Positions 54,801 to 64,000 of a DNA stretch of 64,000 bases are shown in pieces. A program made the position numbers and the translations under genes. A model generated the notes under the pieces. That model was not told where the DNA came from. It did no database searches and saw nothing but the letters and a program-made list of their open reading frames with translations. The stretch lies in NCBI RefSeq assembly GCF_001194135.2, contig NC_068983.1, forward strand, positions 62,298,825-62,362,824, given 5' to 3'. Source of the DNA: Octopus bimaculoides. Taxonomy: Eukaryota. The stretch's first letter is position 1, and every line of letters starts with the position of its first letter.

Positions 54801-57800
54801 AATAACGAAAGACGAATGCATGAGTGCTACATGCTACAGTCTATCATAATATTATACACTACAGACTTTAAGAAGGTGACGGGCATATTGAACGTAATAA
54901 TATCGTCCTAGACAAACTAAGAAATCTGGTGCAGTAACTGGGCACGAATCCTGGTAATGCAGAAAAAAAAATCAAGTAACACTAATGCAGAGTTATCTCC
55001 CTTACACTGCATAGCGCTACAGATTATTAATTTAGACACACCTAAAGTTAAAGCAAGTGATGTATGTAACTTGCACGAGGTTTAAGTACAGTTGTACTGT
55101 TGAAGATTAGGTTTTTGGCATATTAGCAATAGAATCAATAAATTTCTATACGTGCTTGCCTAAGATTTCTTTAACTGCAGCTGCGATGAAAGGGATGTAA
55201 ATTTTTTTCATCATGAAAAGACCTAGATGTTGCAAGTGAGGGCTGTCAAGTACCAAACACCAAACTACCTTTATACATACTTTAAAGATTAAAGTATAGT
55301 TGAAGAGATTCCAGTGAGAATATTACAAAGAATAATAAGTTGACTATTTCGTACTGAATGATAGAAACCACAGACACAGCTCACTTTAAATGTTAGTAGG
55401 GAAAGTTTAGGACAGAATGCAATATATAATATCATCATCATCATCATCATCGTTTAACGTCCGCTTTCCATGCTAGCATGGGTTNNNNNNNNNNCTTATA
55501 GAGTTACTACCTACTCCTTTTCTACATACTGAGCAGGGCCATCTACATATATATATAGTGAAGGCAGACAGATTGATTGCTAGATAGACATGCTAAATTT
55601 ATTCCTTAATATAATATTGAGAAAGACCTTTAAAAATGATGATGGTGATGAAGAAAAAGTGAATGCAAGGGCACTTACCCATTAACAGTTGAAGACATGA
55701 AAACAAGGTAGGGTCCAATGAGTTCCTTTACCAAAGGCAATGGAATGGCAGCTGCTTCATCAATGCAAACCAATTCAGCTTGACCAAGTTTGTGAGCATC
55801 AGTAGGATGGATATACTAGGAAAAAAAAAAGGGAAATAAAACTTACAAAAATTTTCAAGTGTAAAAGAAAAAAACATATGCTTGAGTAGCTTGCTTCCAG
55901 ACCATGTGATCTTGGCTTCAGTCCCACTGCACAGCACCTTGGGTAAGTGTCTTCTACTTACAGAGAGGATGACATTCTAAAAATTGGAGCAGTTTGAATG
56001 GGAAATGATGCCCCACCCACTAGATTCACCAGACATAGCCTCATCTGATTATCATTTATTCCGCAGTCTTCAAAATCATTAGGATGGAAAAAATATGAAT
56101 TCTGTAGATGAGGTCAGAACAGTAAGTACTGAAGGAGTATTTTCCATCATGGACAAGTGAATTTTAGAAGAGGGGCCTTGAAAGTCTACCAGATAGATGG
56201 AAGAACATTGTAGAAAATGGAGGAGAGTATATTTTAGATTAAAAAAGAACTTTGTTTATCTTAATTTTGAAAAATAAAAGAAGTATAAAAACAAAACCAC
56301 ATTATTTATGGGATGACCCAATACTTGAATGGTACTATAATTTTACCAACTGCAGAAGAATAAAATAAACTGATCTCAGTGGGATTTGACAAAAGAATGT
56401 AAAAAGCCTGAAATATCACAAAGTATTTCGTCTGACACTTTAATGATTGTTCAGATACATCATCTATATCTACAGTGTTACAAACATTAAATGATAAGCA
56501 TAAAATAACTTACCTGTATTGTCTGCCGATGGTCTCTGAATATATTGACTCTGACAATGGCTTTGTTGAAGTCAGGGTTTGATGACTGGATTATTTCATA
56601 GTCAATGTGTTCCTGCAGTAGACAAATACAAGGTGTACATCAGACAGTGTACCAAGGTAGAAATGGTATGAGCCACATAAACATATGGTACAGGTTTACA
56701 CAAAATAGAAAACACTCTTTTAGAGCATAGTATATTAATTTCTACCACAGGGATTGTCAGAATATTGACACAATATAATACTGAACATGATAGGTGCAGC
56801 CAACACCATGTGGTCAAGAAATCTAGTTCACAATAAAATTTTAGGTGTGATCACATTGCATGACACTTTAGTCAAATGTCTACTACGATATCTTTGAGCT
56901 GATTAGTACCTTGTAACTGAAAGTTAATAGACAGGAAATGAATGAATGAATGTATGTATGTATGTATGTGTGTGTGTGTGGGTGGGTGCATGCATGCATG
57001 TGAGAGATAGAGAGGAAACCAATAAGTGTTTGTAGGTTCTCAAAGAGACATTGTCGGGAAACAGTAACCATCCTTGTGTCTCACATTAACAAAAAGTCTG
57101 GCAGCTCAATACCTTAACATAGAAATATGTGGAATAAGGTACCATCTTGAAAACAATAAAGGGTATACAGCTGAAGAATACTGCATCAATAATTCCTTCC
57201 GATTGAAGCCAGCTTAGAAGAAATGTATATAAGAATAATGATGTTGAAGATGATGACAATAACACTGAATATAATGTTTATATTACTACATACTATAGTA
57301 CTAGATATGGCACAATTAAAATAAGTATCACAAAGTATAGTATTGAACATAGTACAGTTAGAACATTGCATGGTATACTATCAAACATGGTGTTTAGAAC
57401 ATTATCAACAAGCATACTAAGCATAGTTATGTAATACATTAATACAAGAGAAATAACAGGCAGAAACTATGGTTAAATCTGATAATATAATTTTACAACT
57501 ACAGAATATGCCACATAATTCTCCAAGTTTATTTAGTGCCAAATGTACACTACTGGCACAATAGTTTGTTCTGGATATTGTCCAATATAGAAACAATCTG
57601 AGACAGCAAGTGTGAACCTTACTAAACAAACTATAAGTAAAACATGAGATACAACCAGGTCAACATAATGATCTGACTTTTGCAAAAATCTTGTCAAAGG
57701 TTGTGATGCCAAAATGTTTTTTGTTTAGACATAAATCTGTTTTTACTAACCAAACCTACAAAGATGTTATCATCATCATCATTTAACGTCCACTTTCCAT

Positions 57801-60800
57801 GCTAGCATGGGTTGGACGATTTGACTGAGGACTGGTGAACCAGAAGTCTGCACCAGGCTCCAATCTGATTTGGAAGAGCTTCTACAGATGGATGCCCTTC
57901 CTAACGCCAACCACTCCGAGAGTGTAGTGGGTGCTTTTACATGCCACCGGCATGAGGGCCAGTTAGGCAGTACTGGCAACAGTCATGCTCAAATGGTGTT
58001 TTTTACATGCCACCTGCACAGGAGCCAGTCCAGTAGCACTGACAATGACCTCGCTCGAATGTGTTTTCACATGCCACCGGCACAAGTGCCAGACAGCTGT
58101 TCTGGCAATGATCATGCTCGGATCGTGCTAATAGCACTCCACTGGTATGGGTGCCAGTCATCAAATTTGGTTCAATTACGACTTTGATTTCACTTGCCCC
58201 AACAAGTCTTGGCAAGTGTCCAATGAAGGAAAGATTGGCATGGGTGCCAGTCGTCGAATTTGGTTCGATTTCGATTCTGACTCTGACAATTGTGTTTTTT
58301 TAAAATCTATTTTATCAAGGAATAGAGTAATGGCAACTGCATTATCCAAAATGTCTCAATTTGAAGACAATAAGGTGTGACTAGAGGGAAATTTTTATCA
58401 ACCTTTTCTAGCAAGTTGAACAGCCACATCAAGGATCCTTCAACTTACACAAGCAGTGATTTCAAAGAAGGCTGGAATATGGTATTACAAAATTCTGATT
58501 TCTATGCTCTGTGGTGCTTTGCATAACAATAAGGGATAGCATTATAAACTATATGCCAAGCGAATTCCATCAAGCAGAAATGTTACCTTTAACAAGTTCT
58601 ACTACTTCTGTTAAATTGTGTATACTCATGACAGACCAAGAACAAATGCATATCATGAAACAGCCTTACCTGATATTCTAGTACATCAAAACCTTTAAAT
58701 ATGAATTCAAATAGAGTTTTTAAGTTTTCTGGACTTGGTGATGTAACAAAAATATTGGAATAGCTGAAAGATAAGCAAGAAAACTTTATGGATGACCAAA
58801 AGTGTTAACATTTGATAATATGACTGAAACAATAGTGGCTAGAGAGAGTGAATGTAATGGTGAATAAGGAAGTGACAGAGCAGAATAAGGAATACAAATG
58901 TGGAAAAAGTTAAATGCACATACTGAAATATTGGCATATTTGTAGACATAACAGTGTAAAAAGTGAGAAATTACAGTATAAAATGTTATATGTGAAGTGG
59001 TTAGAATTAGCAATACAGATGTGTACCATCCAACCCATGGAAGCATGGAAGATGGACATTAAATGAAGATGATGGGTTTCAGAGATTAAAGCTCCATTTC
59101 ATTCAAAATTGAACAAGTACAGATTTGGAAGAGATATGCAAAGCACAACTCAAATGAGAATTTTTATTTTTCAACTTTAATAGTTCTGCATAAATTGGAG
59201 ATATCATTAGGACATTACCACATCACAGTCACAAATATAGCTTTGGTTTTCTATCAAATCCTTAACCTTAAAGCACATGTGTCTCTGGGATGTGAATAAA
59301 TTGAATTACGCTGCCAGATCGGATTGGAGCCTGGTGTAGCCATCTGGTTTCACCAGTCCTCAGTCAAATCGTCCAACCCATGCTAGCATGGAAAGCGGAC
59401 GTTAAACGACGACGACAATACGTACAGACATNNNNNNNNNNNNNNNNNNNNNNNNNNNNNNNNNNNNNNNNNNNNNNNNNNNNNNNNNNNNNNNNNNNNN
59501 NNNNNNNNNNNNNNNNNNNNNNNNNNNNNNNNNNNNNNNNNNNNNNNNNNNNNNNNNNNNNNNNNNNNNNNNNNNNATATATATATATATATATATATAT
59601 ATACCACCTGACTGGCCTTTGTAGGGTTTTCGAGCGAGATCGTTGCCAGTGCCCCTGGACTGGCTCTTGTGCGGGTGGCACATAAAAGACACCATTTCGA
59701 GCGTGGCCATTTTCGTGCGGGTGACACGTAAAAGCATCCACTACACTCTCTGAGTGGTTGGCGTTAGGAAGGGCATCCAGCTGTAGAAACTCTGCCAAAT
59801 TAGATTGGAGCCTGGTGTTGCCATCCGGTTTCACCAGTCCTCAGTCAAATCGTCCAACCCATGCTAGCATGGAAGGCGGACGTTAAACGATGATGATGAT
59901 GATGATTAATTCATTACAAGACATTAATAATGTTAAGTAAACAGCTGAAAAGTCATAGAATTAACCTCTCAAATGATGCACTGCATTGGATATTAAGTGC
60001 ATCATGGATATTTTAGAATACAACATAAGGATTTACAAAATTCATATTAATATTTCAAAATCCAAAGACAGCAAGCTGAGCAAAATGTTTAGCAGCATTT
60101 CATCTGTCTTTATGTTCTGAGTTCAAATTTCATTGAGATTGACTTTACCTTTCACCTTTTCAGGGTTGATAAAATAAATACCAGTTGAGCACTGAGGTCA
60201 ATGTAGACTACCTACTCCCAAAATTGCTGGCCTTGTGTCCAAATTTCAATATCTTGAACAACATTATTCATTATTTTATTATACAAAGATCATTAATAAA
60301 TCAACAAAAGCAATAATTTTCTAAGTTTAAAATTTAAGTTTCCTTAACTTTCCATGTATGTGCACCTTAGTTACTAAGATAGATAAGCACTGACCTTGAG
60401 CCACACACTTATAAAAACTTACCCAAATCCCACTGCTGTAGCCATGGCAAGGCCTAGTGCAGCTGATTTTCCTCGGCCACGAGCTGCTGTCATCACAACT
60501 GTATTCCGTAAAGTCTTCTCAGACACTGAGTCTATAAACTTTAAGAGTCCTTTAGCCTGTAAAATAACAAAATATATACTTCAGTAATCCTTTAATCTCT
60601 GACATGACCATAAAGTTTAGTCCTTTAGGCTGAAAAATGAAGAAACAAAATGACTGCATTGAAATCAAAACGAGAACCATCATCATTTAACACCTGTATC
60701 TCTCCATGCTTGCATGGGTCAGACGAAATTGAGAGAAATATCCTATAGCAGGATGCACTTCCCCTTGCTAACACTCACCTGTTATTAAATGAGGTAATCT

Positions 60801-63384
60801 TTCCCTTTGGCCAGACATGTTTCTCATGAAAGACTGGATGTGTACTTCTTGTATAACAGTAATGCCTGTTCTTGTCATCATGCGATATTAAGAGAACGGT
60901 ACACACACACATGAACATATATATGATAGGCTTCTTTCAGTTTCTGTCAACCAAATCCACTTACAGAAGGCACTTGTCCATGGTGCTACACAGTACGACT
61001 GAGCCCAAAACCAAATGGTCGGAAAGCAAGCTTCTTAACCACACAGCCACACCTGCACCTACATATTTCAAGCCATGATCATTGCAAGATATGTTGTTCT
61101 AAGAACTCAAGAAAGGGTGTTGAAGAGTAAAACAAATATCATTAACTTTGAAAGATATTTGTCAAATATGGAAACTTTGAAGGGAATACTTCCCTTTAAA
61201 ATATATATTTTTTATCATTCTTCGACATAAAGAATGAATCAGAAGTCTTTGCAACATTCCAGTATATTTTTCTACAACATATAACATGACACCAATAAGC
61301 ATAATGTTCAATTTCTATTCTTTTTCATCCTTCCAAATATCTTTCCAAAAAGCTCAACAAAAAATATAATAATCTAATAAACAACTTGAAATTGTAAACT
61401 GATGACAGTTTCAAAAGATGTATTACAGTACTGATTCCAGGATTGCATGAACCTAAGCTTTGGTGCGCTATTCTGTTACTTCGTAAAGCATATTCCTGTG
61501 TCAGTATTTCTGAAAGCAGGTTCTACTCTTGTCCCTCAGTTAATTATGAGAAGTGATAAAAATATTTGTGTATTTTAGCAACGTTTTTAAAAGTCATTAG
61601 ATTCTAGCCATCCGACCATTCAGAGTTATGTACCTTGCCTCAGAACACATTAGTGAAAATGCTGGACTCACAGAAAAGCCTCTACATACAGCTAATTCCA
61701 CTTACCTATCTAAATATGTGAAGTTTTCAGAGAAGATGGAGAAGGTCTACAACCCATTTGATATGGGATCATACTTCTAGATTAGATGAAATATTTTACT
61801 AGCTTGTTTCATAGTTTTAAAATTGAAGTATCAGAACTAGTGACCAAGTACCAATGAAGGTACACGAACCATTAATTCTTAAACAGAAAGTGTAATGCCT
61901 TACTAACTCAGTCAGAAGTTGCTTTCCAACACTATAGATTAGTACAGTCCCTGCAGTTTCTAAAGACGTTTAGGACATAATCTGCTTTCAAAGGACATTT
62001 ATGACATAATCTGCTTTTAAAGGACATTTATGACATAATCTTAAGTAGATTAAATAGCAGAAAAAAATTCTTACTTGATCTAAAGTTCGGGCACAATTGA
62101 TGATTGCACCAACAGGTTGTGTATCCTGCAAGGATTCTTTTAAAGCTACCAATTCACGTTCAGATTGAGTGAGAGATTCTTCCTGAAAAATAAAAATAAT
62201 AATGAGACAAACAAAGCTCAGTTGTTGACCTCTAGAGACCAAGCACCATATAGAAATGTACAAGATGGTAATTTATTAGTTTGGTTATGTGTGGCAGTCA
62301 TGTTATGGAGTGTTTTTTTTTTTTTGTATTGGATTGTGAGATATGATGTGAGGGAAACTGAACTACAAGCAAGTTGCATGGTTATGAAGAGGCTCTATTA
62401 CTTGTTCATGAAGTAATCATGAACGGGTTGGTATAGTAACAATCAAGGTATGTGAGGTATAGAGAAGTCAGTTTTATACATCCAATTCACTATATAGCCA
62501 CCTTTGATATATCTCAATATTTTAGCAATAATGATAACAGAAATGGGTAATCAAACAAGTTAGATTTGGCTATGTTACAACCTAATTCTTCAAGAATTAA
62601 AGATTCTTAGCAATCCAGCATGAAAATTTTAAACCCATGCAATGTTGCTATTTTTGTGAGATTTGTGCTTACCTTGAAAATGCAAGAAAAGGTCTTGGTC
62701 TTCCAGTGTTGTACTTATCATGATGTTGAACTGAAGTAGCTATATGTTTGTGATTGATTGTACACTTAATTTCTTGAAGAGACAGTATTCATGATCTGTC
62801 AACCGTGTATGCCTTCTGAGCTCTTATCCTTGACTAACTTGCCTTAGATAAACTTATAAAGTAGTAGCTAACTAAATGGAACTAATTAATGAGTGCTTTA
62901 GCTAAAACTATTTTATCTTCATGATAGTTTATGTTCTAAAGTTAAGATTTTAAGCATGTGGTCCCTGTTATTAAGACATTATGATATTAGCTGAGGTAAA
63001 TTTGGCTAATACATTGGGCAGGCCAATGCCAGCTACAACCAAATAGCAAATAAAAGTTAGACAATTAGTTACATTAATTAAGCATCACAGCTAGTACTGT
63101 GGAAAATTACTGTGGTTAATTACCTAATTGTGATAGTTATAAATCTATCACATTAGTTATCGAAGGACTTAGGTATATGCAGCTGTAATTCATAATGAAA
63201 TAAACGAAAGAGGAAGACACAGTGATGGCATCAAGTGAAGAGGTAAAGTAGGAAACAAATATGAATTACCTTGGACAACTTAGGCAATGGAGTGACAGTA
63301 GATGTTAGAGATGACAAAGGTAAGATGTTGTATTGGTTGTCAATGACCAAACACTGACTGCATGTGGTAAGAGACAGCAGAAAT
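29334..63384 (-). CDS. NAT10: RNA cytidine acetyltransferase NAT10/KRE33, 5'-partial, 21 coding exons (2518 nt, ~838 aa plus stop)
   Basis: All 21 exons have AG/GT boundaries and compatible phases and join into one ORF that is collinear with human NAT10 from about residue 186 to the C-terminus. Motifs: helicase P-loop TAARGRGKS, IDEAAAIPLP, YEGTGRSLSLKL, SSHYKNTPNDLQMLSDAPAH, GNAT RIATHPDYQKMGYGSRAL, YLRQTANDLTGEHSCIM, Lys-rich tail. Confidence 0.97.
30706..30866 (-). CDS. NAT10: NAT10 exon 20 (161 nt)
   Basis: DAAAVEIKEEMRKKIAPILEESELSQFAVKGDEDQWNLALSTGKKNFKSISIK(S); tttcag / GTTAGT. Confidence 0.93.
31072..32295 (+). mobile_element. Full-length (1224 bp) mariner element in a NAT10 intron, transposase pseudogenised
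   Basis: Perfect 31-bp TIRs TCAGGTCATTAAGAATGAAATGTCCAATTTT, TA on both flanks; motifs LDKWVPHKL, IVT-DEK, LLQDN, HPPYPPDIVPTDY (D,D34D type) with stops and frameshifts. Confidence 0.92.
33203..33301 (-). CDS. NAT10: NAT10 exon 19 (99 nt)
   Basis: HLNSIVEKSVEQTLVKEHKITMEPVPQSLDDEL; taacag / GTAAGT. Confidence 0.92.
34335..34605. repeat. Diverged ~32-bp minisatellite, ~9 units
   Basis: Consensus approx. TTGCTATGCCAACAACAAATTACACAGTACTG. Confidence 0.65.
34643..34762 (-). CDS. NAT10: NAT10 exon 18 (120 nt)
   Basis: ALLLGIGLQHKTVDDLEKNLGLAASQLLGLYNRIIRKVVQ; tttcag / GTAATC. Confidence 0.96.
37301..37473 (-). CDS. NAT10: NAT10 exon 17 (173 nt)
   Basis: (A)LAKQELDFKLTVFDLKRLELYSQNMIDYHLIMDLMPTIAELYFLQRLPELHLSAVQQ; ttgtag / GTAAAA. 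Confidence 0.96.
38747..38854 (-). CDS. NAT10: NAT10 exon 16 (108 nt)
   Basis: (D)FRRRFISLCSYQFRFFSCSTALSILQQKHCKEEAV; ctttag / GTAAGT. Confidence 0.95.
   Translation of the reverse strand: MSVVVSFPCVLTSSVSSAAALHLVFSNRNTVKKKQ
39600..39708 (-). CDS. NAT10: NAT10 exon 15 (109 nt)
   Basis: NDLTGEHSCIMLKTLHDKEDESNTLYDKKWLLSFWK; tttcag / GTAATT. Confidence 0.96.
39805..40025. mobile_element. Mariner-derived MITE
   Basis: TIRs GGGTGTTGAAAAGTTCCTGGCTT (39812-39834) and its reverse complement at 39995-40017 match at 21/23. Confidence 0.75.
41626..41674 (-). CDS. NAT10: NAT10 exon 14 (49 nt)
   Basis: FWKRNGFVPVYLRQTA; taatag / GTGAGT. Confidence 0.95.
42130..42672 (+). mobile_element. SINE-like elements with an RTE-type 3' tail (two adjacent copies)
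   Basis: The tail GGAAGGGCATCCAGC...CCATGCTAGCATGGAAAGC.GACGTTAAACGATGATG recurs at 34865-35060(-), 35620-35860(+), 38120-38255(-), 44630-44845(+), 49040-49215(+), 53455-53627(+), 55435-55484(-), 57770-58290(-), 59320-59905(+) and 60680-61060(-). Confidence 0.7.
43635..43995 (+). mobile_element. Old CpG-decayed copy of the CORE-type SINE
   Basis: Collinear with 24311-24718 but most CpGs have become TpG/CpA. Confidence 0.75.
44217..44350 (-). CDS. NAT10: NAT10 exon 13 (134 nt)
   Basis: ELDLIVEKPVPRKNLPPLLLKLTERPPEQLDYMGVSFGLTADLL(K); ttgcag / GTAAAG. Confidence 0.96.
45023..45139 (-). CDS. NAT10: NAT10 exon 12 (117 nt), acetyl-CoA loop
   Basis: MGYGSRALQLLSQYYKGEIVGLNEDVEEVPKDIEPVDEE; tgttag / GTGAGT. 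Confidence 0.95.
45664..46458 (-). mobile_element. Head-to-tail array of four Meta-type SINE copies separated by (AAT)n
   Basis: Copies at about 45664-45877, 45893-46077, 46111-46325 and 46343-46458, all in the same orientation. Confidence 0.8.
46482..47023. mobile_element. ~540-bp unclassified interspersed element flanked by (AAT)n
   Basis: Sharp (AAT)n boundaries on both sides; its terminus recurs inverted at 24141-24215, again next to (ATT)n. Confidence 0.6.
47329..47403 (-). CDS. NAT10: NAT10 exon 11 (75 nt), GNAT core
   Basis: FQDNDFASLSGVRVVRIATHPDYQK; ttacag / GTAATT. Confidence 0.96.
48241..48342 (-). CDS. NAT10: NAT10 exon 10 (102 nt)
   Basis: MCLEGDISKAAVMSGLRQGKRASGDLIPWTISQQ; ttatag / GTGAAT. 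Confidence 0.96.
49631..49747 (-). CDS. NAT10: NAT10 exon 9 (117 nt)
   Basis: NTPNDLQMLSDAPAHHIFVLLGPMESTKQALPEVLCVVQ; tttcag / GTTAGC. Confidence 0.96.
50272..50601 (-). mobile_element. tRNA-derived SINE of a further family
   Basis: Minus strand GGTGCATGGCTCGGTGGTTAG (A box) ... GAGTTCAGTTCCCAG (B box-like) ... GTTCTTAAGCAAGACAC. Confidence 0.65.
51289..51536 (-). CDS. NAT10: NAT10 exon 8 (248 nt)
   Basis: (G)RALYEVQLNESIRYADGDPVEKWLNDLLCLD...RDTLFSFHKGSEAFLHRIMSLYVSSHYK; ccacag / GTAAAG. Confidence 0.97.
51620..52060 (-). mobile_element. Young full-length CORE-type SINE in a NAT10 intron
   Basis: Near-identical reverse complement of 24311-24718, CpGs largely retained. Confidence 0.85.
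52330..52730 (-). mobile_element. RTE-clade reverse transcriptase fragment
   Basis: KRGVKEGGNISPKLNTSCLHDAVFRNINWD (cf. GVRQGD.ISPKLF) and IEQVDSYINL. Confidence 0.55.
53235..53362 (-). CDS. NAT10: NAT10 exon 7 (128 nt)
   Basis: YEGTGRSLSLKLIQQLRQQAATFSGTEVKKVTTVESTTNSLS; cttcag / GTACGT. Confidence 0.95.
53900..54495 (-). mobile_element. Two degenerate CORE-type SINE copies
   Basis: GGGCTTCTTTCAGTTT...CAAGGTGCC repeated at about 53968-54060 and 54369-54470, with a 3' half at 54115-54310. Confidence 0.65.
55679..55815 (-). CDS. NAT10: NAT10 exon 6 (137 nt), DEAA motif
   Basis: YIHPTDAHKLGQAELVCIDEAAAIPLPLVKELIGPYLVFMSSTVN(G); tcctag / GTAAGT. Confidence 0.97.
55960..56323 (+). mobile_element. 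Mariner 3' fragment with TIR
   Basis: WEMMPHPLDSPDIASSDYHLFRSLQNH (YSPDLAPxD motif); ends TTATTTATGGGATGACCCAATA. Confidence 0.8.
56514..56612 (-). CDS. NAT10: NAT10 exon 5 (99 nt)
   Basis: EHIDYEIIQSSNPDFNKAIVRVNIFRDHRQTIQ; ctgcag / GTAAGT. Confidence 0.97.
58670..58763 (-). CDS. NAT10: NAT10 exon 4 (94 nt)
   Basis: YSNIFVTSPSPENLKTLFEFIFKGFDVLEYQ; tttcag / GTAAGG. Confidence 0.97.
60423..60556 (-). CDS. NAT10: NAT10 exon 3 (134 nt), P-loop
   Basis: AKGLLKFIDSVSEKTLRNTVVMTAARGRGKSAALGLAMATAVGF(G); ttacag / GTAAGT. Confidence 0.97.
62075..62182 (-). CDS. NAT10: NAT10 exon 2 (108 nt)
   Basis: EESLTQSERELVALKESLQDTQPVGAIINCARTLDQ; tttcag / GTAAGA. Confidence 0.95.
63270..63384 (-). CDS. NAT10: NAT10 exon 1 of 21 in window (115 nt)
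   Basis: (R)FLLSLTTCSQCLVIDNQYNILPLSSLTSTVTPLPKLSK; acceptor gtctag, donor GTAATT. Confidence 0.93.
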
Positions 63385-64000
63385 CTAGACAAAAGAACAA
63401 TAATGGTTAAGGAAAAGCAATGCAACAAATATATACATAGTCTTACTGATTCATTTATTAATGATCCATGATTTCTAGAACTGAAGGGAATCAATAGTGA
63501 TATGTGACAGTAAGAGCCAATACAGTAAAAGCAAATTATGAAGTGAGAAATATCAAACATTTTTCAGATCCTCTTCTCAGAGCAACCTAACATACATAGT
63601 TTCTTCATTAAAAAAATAACAAACAAGTTGATAAGATAAACAAAGAGAGAGGTGATTGGGAAACTGTAATTTTTGACTGTTGTCTCTGTATCTGTCTTTC
63701 AAAGTAATATCCCACACTTTGAATCTTAAGCAAAATCTCTCTAAATTACTTAGAAGATTCAATTGAAACAGAAAGCAGCAGGAAGTGGTCCACATGATAT
63801 TTTCCTGCACTGAGTCCAAAAATAATACATACACACATATATAACTATAGAGAGAGAAATTTCAGATATGGAAGTAAGGCCTAGAATCAAAGCAAAAACC
63901 AAAATCTTGGTAAGTAGGAGAGCAAACAAATCACAAATCCACTCAGGTAGATGGCCTGCTTGATCTGTAGAAAAAGCATAGGTAGAAACTCCATAACATG

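Noticed and set aside
29425-63269. Intronic SNORD13/U13 (the guide RNA for NAT10-dependent 18S acetylation) or another C/D snoRNA in NAT10 introns
   Set aside because: I looked by eye for the 18S-complementary GTCGTAACAAGG signature and for box C/D pairs. The only near match (AACAAGGTTTC at ~30919) lies in a degenerate SINE, and TGATGA hits come from (GAT)n tails. An Infernal/Rfam scan would be needed to exclude a divergent copy.
63385-64000. Further upstream NAT10 exon
   Set aside because: No frame encodes the expected DVHSRYRTEAH-like peptide; the N-terminal exons lie beyond the window.

Overview
AT-rich, microsatellite- and SINE-dense animal genomic DNA with five assembly gaps. The repeat landscape looks like a coleoid cephalopod (Octopus-like); this is inference and was not confirmed by any search. 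The right half (29334-63384, minus strand) holds 21 coding exons of NAT10/KRE33, the RNA cytidine acetyltransferase. I spliced them by hand into one open frame of about 838 aa with GT-AG introns. It carries the P-loop AARGRGKS, the DEAAAI motif, the GNAT motif HPDYQKMGYGSR and a Lys-rich C-terminus. The N-terminal ~185 aa lie beyond the window end. The left 28 kb has no gene I can support. It is debris of non-LTR retrotransposons (R4/Dong-like, CRE-like, HERO-like, Tx1/L1-like, RTE), mariner and hAT elements and several SINE families. I did not find a clear-cut novel protein system. The best second-look signals are: (i) retroposons repeatedly sitting in or ending in (TAA)n/(ATT)n microsatellites, including stacked Dong fragments, a head-to-tail SINE array and a 540-bp (AAT)n-flanked element; (ii) a possible shared 3' tail and a chimera between a SINE and a Tx1-like LINE; (iii) a Tx1-like element keeping ORF1 but lacking EN/RT; (iv) a roughly 5-10-fold CpG step near 27.8 kb that marks the NAT10 gene body; (v) a ~930-bp element with ~135-bp inverted arms.
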